Assembly (NCBI GenBank): GCA_937906475.1
Contig: CALCZA010000114.1
Location: forward strand, 16,024-80,023
Origin: an uncultured bacterium
GTDB taxonomy: Bacteria; Planctomycetota; UBA1135; UBA2386
Reading direction: 5' to 3'
DNA: 64,000 nt
The notes under the pieces are model-generated. The model was not told the origin of the DNA. It saw nothing but the letters and a program-made list of their open reading frames with translations, and made no database searches. Position numbers and translations under genes: made by a program. Shown piece after piece: positions 45,066 through 53,651 of the stretch (the stretch's first letter is position 1; every line of letters begins with the position of its first letter).

Positions 45066-46222
45066 GTGCGCCGCGCGTACTACACCTGTTCGCTAACTAT
45101 AAGTGGACGGGGCCAGCGGATCCGGCCATTCGGTCGGCTGCGCGGTTGCGCGCATTGGGCCTCGATGTGCGGTTTGCGCAAGGCAGTTTCATGCACCGGG
45201 GTGGTGAGCACCGGATTGCCGACGAGTTGTGGCGATGGCGGTTGCCGGTCGTGACGGGCATGGAGTTGCGCAAACACTTCCATGTGCCGTCGTTGTTGCG
45301 CGACATCCGCAGCTTGCGGCTACTACTGGCTAGGGATCGCTTTGATGTGTTGCACTGCCATCAAGGTGCCGATCACCTGATCGCGACGACGGCTTGCCGG
45401 CGACTTGCGAACAAGCCAGTCGTCGTGCGCAGCCTCTACGAACCCGGTGCCCCAAAGAGAGGTTGGCGCGAACGCGCGATGTTCTGTCGCACGCAGGCAG
45501 TGTTGGCTCCGACGGTGCAGGCTCAAGAAGGTGTTCGCCGCCGCTTCTCGGTTCGTGAAGATCGCGTGCTGTTGCAAGCACCGGTGACCGAACCGCGTGT
45601 GCTCGAAGGGCCTGATGCACGCAGTCGTTGGGGGCTCAGCGCAGACCACTTGGTCGTAGGCATTACCGCCCGCATCCAGCCGCATCGCCGTTTCGATCTG
45701 TTGTGGCAGACGGTGCGCTATGTGCGCGACCAGTTGCCCAACGTGCGGTTTGTATTGCTCGGCCGCGGCAACGAGCAAGACACCGAGGCGCTGGTGCAAA
45801 AGCCGATCGCCGAGTTGGGGATCGCCGACAACGTGGTGCTGCCGGGTTACCAAAAGGGGCCTGCATACGATGAGGCGCTGCGGGCACTCGATGCATTCCT
45901 GTTCTTGGTGCCAGGCAGCGATGGCACTTGCCGCGCAGTTTGTGATGCGATGGCGTTCGGCAAACCCGTTGTCTCGACAGAGCGAGGGATCCTGCCGGAG
46001 TTGTTGGCCGGGCGGCGTCACACCGAAGTGCCAGGCTTTGCCGTCGAAGAGTCAGGCCGTGCACTCGGCGATGCGTTGCTTCGTTTGCTGCGCGATCCGT
46101 CTGAGCGTGCCAGTTGCGGCGCGGCAGCGTTGCGTCGCACGCAGCTCGACATGAACCCAAGCATCGCTGCCGAGCGTACCAGCGAGCTCTACTCTCAACT
46201 GCTGGCCGAACGAAATGGCTGA
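45062..46222 (+). CDS. family 4 (GT-B) glycosyltransferase
   Basis: ATG 45062 overlaps the upstream stop as ATGA. The C-terminal GT1/GT4 pattern is FLFLVPGSDGTCRAVCDAMAFGKPVVST. Confidence 0.75.
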   Translation: MSAPRVLHLFANYKWTGPADPAIRSAARLRALGLDVRFAQGSFMHRGGEHRIADELWRWRLPVVTGMELRKHFHVPSLLRDIRSLRLLLARDRFDVLHCHQGADHLIATTACRRLANKPVVVRSLYEPGAPKRGWRERAMFCRTQAVLAPTVQAQEGVRRRFSVREDRVLLQAPVTEPRVLEGPDARSRWGLSADHLVVGITARIQPHRRFDLLWQTVRYVRDQLPNVRFVLLGRGNEQDTEALVQKPIAELGIADNVVLPGYQKGPAYDEALRALDAFLFLVPGSDGTCRAVCDAMAFGKPVVSTERGILPELLAGRRHTEVPGFAVEESGRALGDALLRLLRDPSERASCGAAALRRTQLDMNPSIAAERTSELYSQLLAERNG

Positions 46223-47234
46223 GTGCCTCGCAACGGATCAGCAGGTGCTTGACCACTGGTGGCAGACGTTCGTCGCGACCGGCGAATTGCCAGCAGGATT
46301 GCAGCGCGTGCAGGGACGGTTGATTCGCGCGGTACATCGCGGTGAGTTGCCATCGGGCCCGGTGCACATCAAGACGATGACCTTCCCACGCAAGAAGGAT
46401 CGTTTGCGTTATGCGTTCCGGGCGTTGCCCGCGGTGCACGAGGCGAACATGCTCGCCTTGACATTTGCTGCCTCGATCCCATGCCCCGAAGTAGTCGATG
46501 TGCGCGTGCAGCGCCGCGCGTTGTTGCCGCATCGTTCGATGCTGGTGTTACGTTCGCTGCCGCTCAGTGAAATTGCAGAGGACCCGCTCAAGCGGCTCGA
46601 TGATGAAATCGAACTCGCCAGTCGTTTGGTGGCTGCCGGTATCCACCACCGGGATTTGCACACCGACAACTTTGTGAGGATGGCATCCGGTGAGTTAGCT
46701 GTGTTGGATATGCAGTCCGCGTCGCGAATCCGTTCTGATCAAGCTTCATCGTCAGCCGTGCGACTCGCCGTTGCCTCACGTCTGCTCCGCGATCGTGACC
46801 AACAGCTGCAAGCATCCGCATTGATTCGAATGCGGGGCATCGGGTTGCTCAGGAGTGACTCCGAATGCGAGTCAGTGAAGTCACGGATTGAGCAGCTACA
46901 GTTGCGCTATCATGACTCGCGCATTCGACGCTGCTTGCTGAACAGCACCGAGTTTGTGCGCCGGACGCATGTGTCGGGAGTCGAATACCGGATGCGTGGT
47001 GAGCTGCCGGCGGGGCGTTGGTGGCAAGGTGGTCGGGCGCTGCGAACTGCTTGGATTGGGCAACGCGTCCGTGACCTAGATGCTGGCACTCCGCCGGTCT
47101 TCGCAGCATTCTTCCAGAAGTGGTGGTGGCTCGGTGGTGGTGCCGCCCTGTATGTTCCTGCCCAGTGCGAAGACGAGCGGATCGAAGCCGAGGTGCAGTC
47201 AGCCTCCTCGGCGGCAATTCGGTCGGTGCGGTAG
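46215..47234 (+). CDS. lipopolysaccharide kinase (Kdo/WaaP)-like protein-kinase-fold protein
   Basis: Kinase catalytic-loop-like IHHRDLHTDNFV followed by LAVLDMQS. It overlaps the GT4 gene by 8 nt. Confidence 0.55.
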   Translation: MAECLATDQQVLDHWWQTFVATGELPAGLQRVQGRLIRAVHRGELPSGPVHIKTMTFPRKKDRLRYAFRALPAVHEANMLALTFAASIPCPEVVDVRVQRRALLPHRSMLVLRSLPLSEIAEDPLKRLDDEIELASRLVAAGIHHRDLHTDNFVRMASGELAVLDMQSASRIRSDQASSSAVRLAVASRLLRDRDQQLQASALIRMRGIGLLRSDSECESVKSRIEQLQLRYHDSRIRRCLLNSTEFVRRTHVSGVEYRMRGELPAGRWWQGGRALRTAWIGQRVRDLDAGTPPVFAAFFQKWWWLGGGAALYVPAQCEDERIEAEVQSASSAAIRSVR

Positions 47235-47302
47235 AGTGGGCAAACCCGATGCTGTTGCAATGGTTACGGGATTGGCAGGGTTACCTTCGCGCGGTTCGGT
47301 TT

Positions 47303-47342
47303 TAGCTGTAACGTTGTAGCTGTCACGTTGTAGCTGTAACGG
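47303..47342. repeat. 14-bp direct tandem repeat, 2.9 copies (TAGCTGTAACGTTG / TAGCTGTCACGTTG / TAGCTGTAACGG)
   Basis: Read directly. It is intergenic, between the kinase-like gene and the CgeB-like glycosyltransferase. Confidence 0.9.
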
Positions 47343-47512
47343 CACAGAGAATATTGACTAACGACGAACATGACGTGTCGCGCGCGCCGCAATCCGGTGG
47401 CGGACTGAGTGAGCCTCGGCGGGAGTTCTCGGGCGAGCGGGGCCCCAACGCATCAGCCGTGCCCGCTGGAAACTCGGGAGGTCGGCTCGATGGCTTGTCC
47501 CGACTTGGGCCA

Positions 47513-48532
47513 GTGCGTCGTGTGTTGTTCCTCGGCAAGAGTATGTCGCGCACGCGCTGCACCGGTGCGCTCGTTGACGCCTTGCGTCGCCATGGCGTCG
47601 AGGTGCGGTGGCGCAATCGCGTTAAGTGGCGTCGTTGGTTTGGCACCCAGATTGCCAACAGACTCTTGGCGTCCGACTTCAAGAACTACAAGCCCGACAC
47701 GATCTTCGTGTTCTTCCGCGATTTGCCGCAGGTGTTGGCGTCCGAGTTCCGCCACGACGCGCGCATTGTCGTTTGGTGCGAGGAGGCGCTGGAGCAGTTG
47801 GATACTTCGGTCATCGACTACTTCCGTCTGGCCGACCTGGTTTGCATGAGCAACCCAGCGCGCTTCCCGTGGTTGCGCGAGCACGGTCTCGACAACATGG
47901 CGTTCTTGATGAGCGGCTTTGCGCCGCGGTTCCACCGGCCGGTGGAGCCGCAACGACCGTTGCGTGATGTCGCGTTCATTGGTGGGCCGGGACGTCGCGG
48001 CCAACGCGCATCGTTCTTGGCTGAGATTGCGCGTCACTTCGACACCGAAGTATTCGGTCGTCACTGGGATCGCTGGAAGCCGCGGCATCCCCATTTGCGC
48101 GTCAACGGACTGATCAATAACCGCGCCTACGCCAAGGTGTGTGCCACGTCACGCATTGTAATCGGCGTCAATGAGGTCAACGACGACGCTTACTACTGCA
48201 GTAACCGCACGTTCTTGACGATGGCCTGCGGTGCGTTCCACTTGACGCATTATGTGCCGCAACTGGAGAAGGTCTTCCAAGAAGGCAAGCACCTGTTGTG
48301 GTACCACGACGAAGATGAAGCGCTCGCGAAGATCGCTGAGTGGTTGCCCAAGGTCGACGAGCGTGCGCGAGTTGCTGCCGATGGCCACGCCGAGGTCATG
48401 CAGCACCATCAGTATTACCACCGCGTGTCCCGCATCCTGCACTGGTTGGAGCACGGCTTGCCGCGCGAGGATCAGCAGTTGCTGCCGTCGCAGGCGTTGT
48501 CGATGGCCAAGCCCGGCACCGCTGCGAAGTAG
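47513..48532 (+). CDS. CgeB-like glycosyltransferase (Glyco_trans_1_2-type C-terminal domain)
   Basis: ORF 47354..48532 (TTG). The probable start is GTG 47513 (VRRVLFLGKS). The C-terminus, SNRTFLTMACGAFHLTHY...GKHLLWYHDEDEALAKIAEWL...HHQYYHRV, resembles the CgeB/DUF3880 family. Confidence 0.6.
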   Translation: MRRVLFLGKSMSRTRCTGALVDALRRHGVEVRWRNRVKWRRWFGTQIANRLLASDFKNYKPDTIFVFFRDLPQVLASEFRHDARIVVWCEEALEQLDTSVIDYFRLADLVCMSNPARFPWLREHGLDNMAFLMSGFAPRFHRPVEPQRPLRDVAFIGGPGRRGQRASFLAEIARHFDTEVFGRHWDRWKPRHPHLRVNGLINNRAYAKVCATSRIVIGVNEVNDDAYYCSNRTFLTMACGAFHLTHYVPQLEKVFQEGKHLLWYHDEDEALAKIAEWLPKVDERARVAADGHAEVMQHHQYYHRVSRILHWLEHGLPREDQQLLPSQALSMAKPGTAAK

Positions 48533-48700
48533 CTAATCGGACGCGCCGTCCGAAGGGCAACCCTACGAGCGCCCAATCCTGAGCGCACGGTGGCTGATAA
48601 TGCGGCGATTTGCCGTGCAGCGTGACTTGGCTGCGCCCGTTCTGACCTTTGGGAACCAGGATCAATCCGGCATGGGGTCGCGAAGTTGCCGCAGGTGTAT

Positions 48701-49510
48701 ATGATTCTGGCCATGAAGACCCTGACGACTCTCGTTTGTGCGCCGCTGTTTGCGGCACTCGCCGTTCTGCCCGCTCAAGACAAGAAGCAGGCGCCGAAGA
48801 TCCAAGGCCAGATCACCGACTCGAATGCGACGAAGGCCGATGCAGCGATCAAGGCGATCGACACGTTCATCGCTGAGAAGAAGGTCGACACCAAGAAGAA
48901 GGGCTGGCGTCAGTCGTTGACCAAGCCGCCGAAGTTGACGTTGTCCAAGGACGCCAAGTACTTCTGGCACGTGGAGACGGCCGTTGGCTCGATGAAGATT
49001 CAATACTTCGCCGACACCGCGCCGATGCACGTTTCGAGTGGCATCTACCTTTCGCGCCTCGGCTTCTACGATGGCCTCAACTTTCACCGCATCATCCCGG
49101 GCTTCATGGCGCAGGGTGGTTGCCCAGCGGGAAGTGGTCGCGGCAACCCCGGCTATTTCATGGCTGGCGAGTTCAAGGGCGGTCGCAAGCACGACAAGGC
49201 CGGCATCCTCAGCACCGCGAACACCGGTCGTCCGAATAGTGAAGGCTCGCAGTTCTTCCTGACGTTCGGCCCGACTGGCCAACTCGATGGCAAATACACC
49301 GTCTGGGGCGAAGTCGTCGAAGGTCAGGCCACGCTGAAGGCGCTCGCGAAGTTGGGTTCGTCCGCGAATAACGGCATGTTGTCCAACGGCCCGAAGATCA
49401 TTCGCAGCTGGATTGAAGTCGTGGCGAAGCCGAAGAAGGCTGAAAGCAAAAAGCCTGCGGGCAAAGCCAAGAAGGTCAAGATCCGCGAACTGAGCGAAGG
49501 CAAGGGCTAA
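48701..49510 (+). CDS. cyclophilin-type peptidyl-prolyl cis-trans isomerase, secreted, Lys-rich tail
   Basis: Signal peptide M(ILA)MKTLTTLVCAPLFAALAVLPAQ. Cyclophilin core: FYDGLNFHRIIPGFMAQGG, NSEGSQFFLTF, GKYTVWGEVVEG. Confidence 0.88.
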   Translation: MILAMKTLTTLVCAPLFAALAVLPAQDKKQAPKIQGQITDSNATKADAAIKAIDTFIAEKKVDTKKKGWRQSLTKPPKLTLSKDAKYFWHVETAVGSMKIQYFADTAPMHVSSGIYLSRLGFYDGLNFHRIIPGFMAQGGCPAGSGRGNPGYFMAGEFKGGRKHDKAGILSTANTGRPNSEGSQFFLTFGPTGQLDGKYTVWGEVVEGQATLKALAKLGSSANNGMLSNGPKIIRSWIEVVAKPKKAESKKPAGKAKKVKIRELSEGKG

Positions 49511-49611
49511 GGCCCTGCGCCCGCGCTATGGCTAAGGCGCGCTGCGTTCCATTCGGACGCGCCGCCTTGGGATAACACCCGGCGCATTGCGCCCAACATG
49601 CGACTCGGCGC

Positions 49612-50718
49612 TCAGTCCAAGATACGACCGGCGAGCGCGTCGACTTCGGCGCGGTCCTGACCGACGACGGTCGCATGACCGAGCTTGCGGTTTGGTCGCG
49701 GCGACTTGCCGTAGTCGTGTACATGCACGCCCGGCAGCGAGAGCAACTGGTCGCTCTCAGGCATCTCGCCGATCAAGTTGATCATCGTGGCGACGCTACC
49801 CTGCACCATCTCGGTGCTGCCGAGCGGCAAGCCGTGAACGGCACGCAGGTGGTTTTCGAACTGCGAGCAGACCGAGCCTTCGATGGTCCAGTGGCCCGAG
49901 TTGTGCACGCGTGGCGCCATCTCGTTGGCGAGTAGTGTGCCGCCAACATCGAACAGTTCGATCGCGAGTACGCCGACGTAGTCGAGTTCGTTGAGCAGAG
50001 TCGCGGCGATCTGTGCTGCCTTCGCTTGTACTTCAGGCGATAGGTTCGGCGCGGGCGCGCGGCTGCGTCGCAGGATGCCGCCCTCGTGCTCGTTCTCGAC
50101 CAGTGGGTAGCAGGCGATCTCGCCTGAGCGGCTGCGCACGGCGAGCACCGATAGTTCGCGATCGAACGGCACCATGCCCTCGACGACCAGACCGCCGTGG
50201 TAGTTATCGGTAAGCGAAGCGTAGGCCGCGTCGATCGTTTGCGCGAGATCGTCGCCGGGCTGCAGTCGCACTTGACCGCGGCCGTCGTAGCCGAGACGGC
50301 GCGTCTTGACGATGCATGGCGCGCCGACCGTAGCGACTGCTTGGCGCAGTTCTTCGAGGGTGTCCGCAGCTTCGAACCTGGCGACGCCGATGCCAAGTCG
50401 CTGGAAGAGTTGCTTTTCTTGCACGCGGTCCTGGCCGATGCCAAGCGCGCGCGGATGAGGATGCACGGTCGCGTGTTCGGTCAGCCATTCGGTGGCCGCT
50501 ACCGGAACGTTCTCAAACTCGAACGTGCACACTGCGGCGCCGTCAGCCAAGCGGCCAAGCGCTGCGACATCATCGTAGTCGGCAACGAGCAACTCGCAGA
50601 CGTGACCGGCGACGGCATCGGCAGATGGATCGAGGCAGCGCGTGCGCAGACCGAGTGGCGCGCCAGCAAGTGCGAGCATGCGGGCCAGTTGGCCTCCTCC
50701 GAGCACCGCGGTGATCAT
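49612..50718 (-). CDS. purK: 5-(carboxyamino)imidazole ribonucleotide synthase
   Basis: ATP-grasp PurK pattern (ITAVLGGGQLARM, CIVKTRRLGYDGRGQ, NEMAPRVHNSGHWT). The start overlaps the purE stop as ATGA. Confidence 0.9.
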   Translation of the reverse strand: MITAVLGGGQLARMLALAGAPLGLRTRCLDPSADAVAGHVCELLVADYDDVAALGRLADGAAVCTFEFENVPVAATEWLTEHATVHPHPRALGIGQDRVQEKQLFQRLGIGVARFEAADTLEELRQAVATVGAPCIVKTRRLGYDGRGQVRLQPGDDLAQTIDAAYASLTDNYHGGLVVEGMVPFDRELSVLAVRSRSGEIACYPLVENEHEGGILRRSRAPAPNLSPEVQAKAAQIAATLLNELDYVGVLAIELFDVGGTLLANEMAPRVHNSGHWTIEGSVCSQFENHLRAVHGLPLGSTEMVQGSVATMINLIGEMPESDQLLSLPGVHVHDYGKSPRPNRKLGHATVVGQDRAEVDALAGRILD

Positions 50719-51266
50719 GCGTTCTTGGTGGGCGGCGCGAGTTCACGCGGGTCAAGGTCTGCGAGAACCTTGTCGGTCATCGCTTGACGGCGTTTACGCA
50801 AGGCTTCGCGCAGTTCGGGGTGCGCCTCGCCAAGCATTGATGTTGCGAGTAGTGCGGCGTTGATGGCGCCCGGTTTGCCGACCGCGAGGGTTCCGACTGG
50901 CACGCCGCCTGGCATCTGCACAATCGACAGCAGTGCGTCCATGCCCTTCATGCAGGTCGCGTCCATCGGCACGCCGAGCACCGGTAATACGGTCTTGCTC
51001 GCGGCCATGCCCGGCAAGTGTGCTGCGCCGCCGGCGGCCGCTATCAATACCTGCAAGCCGCGCGATTCTGCGCTACCCGCGTATTCCATTAGCCAGTCTG
51101 GCGTGCGATGGGCGGACACGATGCGCACTTCGTGAGGCACGCCCAATTCCTTGAGCGTGTCGGCGCAGTGCTGCATGGTCGCCCAGTCACTGCGCGAACC
51201 CATGATGACGCCCACCAACGGATCCGCGGTGACTGTTTCGGAGAGGGTGTTGCGGGGATCGGTCAT
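50715..51266 (-). CDS. purE: 5-(carboxyamino)imidazole ribonucleotide mutase
   Basis: VGVIMGSRSDW, VSAHRTPD, AAGGAAHLPGM, PVLGVP. Confidence 0.92.
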   Translation of the reverse strand: MTDPRNTLSETVTADPLVGVIMGSRSDWATMQHCADTLKELGVPHEVRIVSAHRTPDWLMEYAGSAESRGLQVLIAAAGGAAHLPGMAASKTVLPVLGVPMDATCMKGMDALLSIVQMPGGVPVGTLAVGKPGAINAALLATSMLGEAHPELREALRKRRQAMTDKVLADLDPRELAPPTKNA

Positions 51267-51268
51267 GA

Positions 51269-51808
51269 TCAGAAGTCGTTTTCGAGGGCGAGCGCAATCT
51301 TGCGAGCGAGGTCTTCGGCAAGTTCGGCGCGTGCGGATGTCAGGTTCTCACCGATAGCCGCACGAAACTCGGTGCGGTCGAGCAGGTGGCGCTCCAGTTG
51401 CACGGTGCCGTCACTGCCGATTAATCGCAGCACGATGGCGCCTTCGAGTGCACCTTCTCGAACACGCGCGTAGTCGTAGACAGGCGCTTCGCCAGGAGAT
51501 CGAGTTGTTGGGCGACCGGTCACGACCGTGCGTTCGCGGACATCGGAGAGCACGACTTGCAGCACCGCGTCGGCGGTGCTGCGGTCGGCCAGCGTGAGGT
51601 CGGTGGTGACCGGTAGTTCGCGCGCTAGGAAGCGACTGATCTCGACTTCGAGTCGTTGGCGGTAGCTCTGGTTGCCGACAACTTGGAACGCCACGGTACG
51701 GATTCCGTAGTCGGACAGTCCGGTGCCGAAGGTGTAGCCACAGCTACTCAGCGAGGCTGCCGCGAGCAGGGCCACGCACAATAAGCCGCCGTGCGTTCGA
51801 ACCATCAT
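51269..51808 (-). CDS. LptE-like lipoprotein
   Basis: The 179-aa C-terminal part of ORF 51269..52579 begins at ATG 51808 (MMVRTHGGLLCVALLAAASLSSCGY, lipobox). Its size and the pattern after the Cys resemble LptE/RlpB, but the family assignment is tentative. Confidence 0.5.
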   Translation of the reverse strand: MMVRTHGGLLCVALLAAASLSSCGYTFGTGLSDYGIRTVAFQVVGNQSYRQRLEVEISRFLARELPVTTDLTLADRSTADAVLQVVLSDVRERTVVTGRPTTRSPGEAPVYDYARVREGALEGAIVLRLIGSDGTVQLERHLLDRTEFRAAIGENLTSARAELAEDLARKIALALENDF

Positions 51809-52758
51809 GGTCGGCCTCCCGGCGGTGTTGCGGGGTTGGTTATCGCTGCCTTCGTCGGGTTGGCCGCTTCGAACATCTTGCGCCGCTCGATGGCTTGTTC
51901 GTAGCCCGGCACCTGGTCGAACGCGGGGCGCGTTGCCAGTTGCAAGTGGTATCGCTGGCCCTCGGTGCTCTTCAGCGTTTGGTAGAAGTCGGCGATGTCC
52001 AAGTGCCGTTGCACCTGCCACTGCTTGATCATGGTCAACGCCTCGGTGGCAGCCTCGACCATCTGCGGGCCTTCGGGCGTGCTGTTGAGGAACTCGCGCA
52101 GGTGTCCGACCGTGAGTTCCATGCGGCTGAGGTCGTAGTCGGGGCCGCGCAGGCTGGCGACGAGGCTCATCGCCAAACGGAACTGCGCGTAGAACCGCCA
52201 GTCGCTGTCGGGGCGGCTGTAGATGATGTCGCGATAGCGTTCTTGGGCGAGTTCGTAGTTGGCGCTGTCGAATGCCATGTCGCCGAGGATGCGCAAGGCA
52301 TCGCCGAGGCGCTGGGTGTCGGGGTGGCGTGTGACCAAATGCTCGAGCACGGTGCGACCAGAGAGCTCGTCGGACCAGAAGAACAGGAAGCCACCGTCGC
52401 TTTCGACGAGCATCTTGCCGGCATTCCAGATGATGTCGACGGCGCGACTGCGCAGATCGCTGTGGGGGTAGAGCACCGAGAACTCTTCGAGTTCTTTGAA
52501 CGCTTCCCACGGTTGGCCTAATCCTAACAAGGCCTGGGCCGTGATCAGGTCGCGCCGGTCGCGCAGGCGCTTTGGGCACTGCAAGTCGACGATTGGGTCA
52601 AGTGTCGCGAGGACCAGGTCGAACTGCTGTGCTTCGAGTTGCTGCTCGGCCGCAGCGATCAATTGCGGAGGACTCTGCAGCGGGAGACTCGTCGTCGTGC
52701 AGGCCGTCCCCGCGAGCGTGATGCCCAGGCTAAGACTGGCAAATCGGCGACCGTTCAT
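51805..52758 (-). CDS. TPR-type lipoprotein, BamD-like
   Basis: Lipobox LAGTAC. Helical repeat sequence includes YPHSDL, YELAQERY and DIADFY segments like BamD/YfiO, but the family assignment is tentative. The stop overlaps the next start. Confidence 0.5.
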   Translation of the reverse strand: MNGRRFASLSLGITLAGTACTTTSLPLQSPPQLIAAAEQQLEAQQFDLVLATLDPIVDLQCPKRLRDRRDLITAQALLGLGQPWEAFKELEEFSVLYPHSDLRSRAVDIIWNAGKMLVESDGGFLFFWSDELSGRTVLEHLVTRHPDTQRLGDALRILGDMAFDSANYELAQERYRDIIYSRPDSDWRFYAQFRLAMSLVASLRGPDYDLSRMELTVGHLREFLNSTPEGPQMVEAATEALTMIKQWQVQRHLDIADFYQTLKSTEGQRYHLQLATRPAFDQVPGYEQAIERRKMFEAANPTKAAITNPATPPGGRP

Positions 52759-52877
52759 TGACGACGATGTTGGGGCACGAACGCGTTGGCGGCAACCTTG
52801 TCTCCGGAGTTTGCGGGCGCTTCCGCAGTGGCCGGAGCTTCTGGCGCCGAGCGGCAGGACTTCTGTTGGCAGTTAGC

Positions 52878-53651
52878 TCAGTTCGCCGCGAAGATCAGGT
52901 GCCGGAAGGGGGCCCTCTGCTCGACCGCGGCGGCCAGCCACAAGGCGGTCAGCGTGGCCGCGGATCTGGTTTCAGAGCCAACTTCGAGGCTTGGCCAGTC
53001 GCGACCGCTGGTGGCCCGCAAGGTGCGCAGTAAGTGCATGGCGGAGCCTGGCACCGGGAATCGCGGCAGGCCAGCGTGCTGCCGGCAGACGAGTCCCATG
53101 GTGTCTTCCTGGCGGAACGCCTGGTCGTCTAGCGCGACGCCGCATTCGGCGCAGGAGTCGAATGCGGGCAAGGCGCCGACGGCCTGCAGGTGGCGTAGTT
53201 CCAGGCCGAGCACGACTTGCGGAATAGTTGCCAGCGGGCACCGTTCGAGCAGGTTGAGGCCGCCGAGCAGCAGGTCGAACAGTTCTGGGTCGGCGCGACC
53301 TTCCATGCTAGCGACGTCGACGAGCCAGGCGATGTGGCCGGCGGCAAGGAAACGCTTGGGCGTGCGCAGTGCGCGGCGCTCTCGGGTCAGCTTGGCGCGC
53401 ACCAGAATGCGCAGGCCGCCGCGGTCCTCGGAGAACGATGCGGTCAGTTCATTGAGGAAGTCGATGCGACCGAGCAGCGGCGAGTCCGGACGATGCGCAC
53501 CCTTGGCGAGGCCGGTGATCTTGCCATGCTCACGGGTGATGCAGGTGACGATGCGGCTGGATTCGCGAAAGTCGCGACGCCGCAGCACGATCGCCTGAGC
53601 GGTCGTCTGCCGGCCGGCGCGCTGCTTGGGCGCGCGGCCGGTGGCGGTCAC
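52878..53651 (-). CDS. recO: DNA repair protein RecO
   Basis: OB-fold N-terminus (AIVLRRRDFRESSRIVTCITREHGKITGLAKGA) and a zinc-motif region (CAECG..C). The GTG start overlaps the upstream stop as GTGA. Confidence 0.8.
   Translation of the reverse strand: MTATGRAPKQRAGRQTTAQAIVLRRRDFRESSRIVTCITREHGKITGLAKGAHRPDSPLLGRIDFLNELTASFSEDRGGLRILVRAKLTRERRALRTPKRFLAAGHIAWLVDVASMEGRADPELFDLLLGGLNLLERCPLATIPQVVLGLELRHLQAVGALPAFDSCAECGVALDDQAFRQEDTMGLVCRQHAGLPRFPVPGSAMHLLRTLRATSGRDWPSLEVGSETRSAATLTALWLAAAVEQRAPFRHLIFAAN

Noticed and set aside
51809-52579. Upstream 257-aa extension of ORF 51269..52579, which would make a 436-aa protein.
   Set aside because: The extension is Arg/Pro/His-rich nonsense overlapping the BamD-like gene in another frame. 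An internal ATG at 51808, followed by a lipoprotein signal, gives a coherent 179-aa product that overlaps the upstream stop codon.
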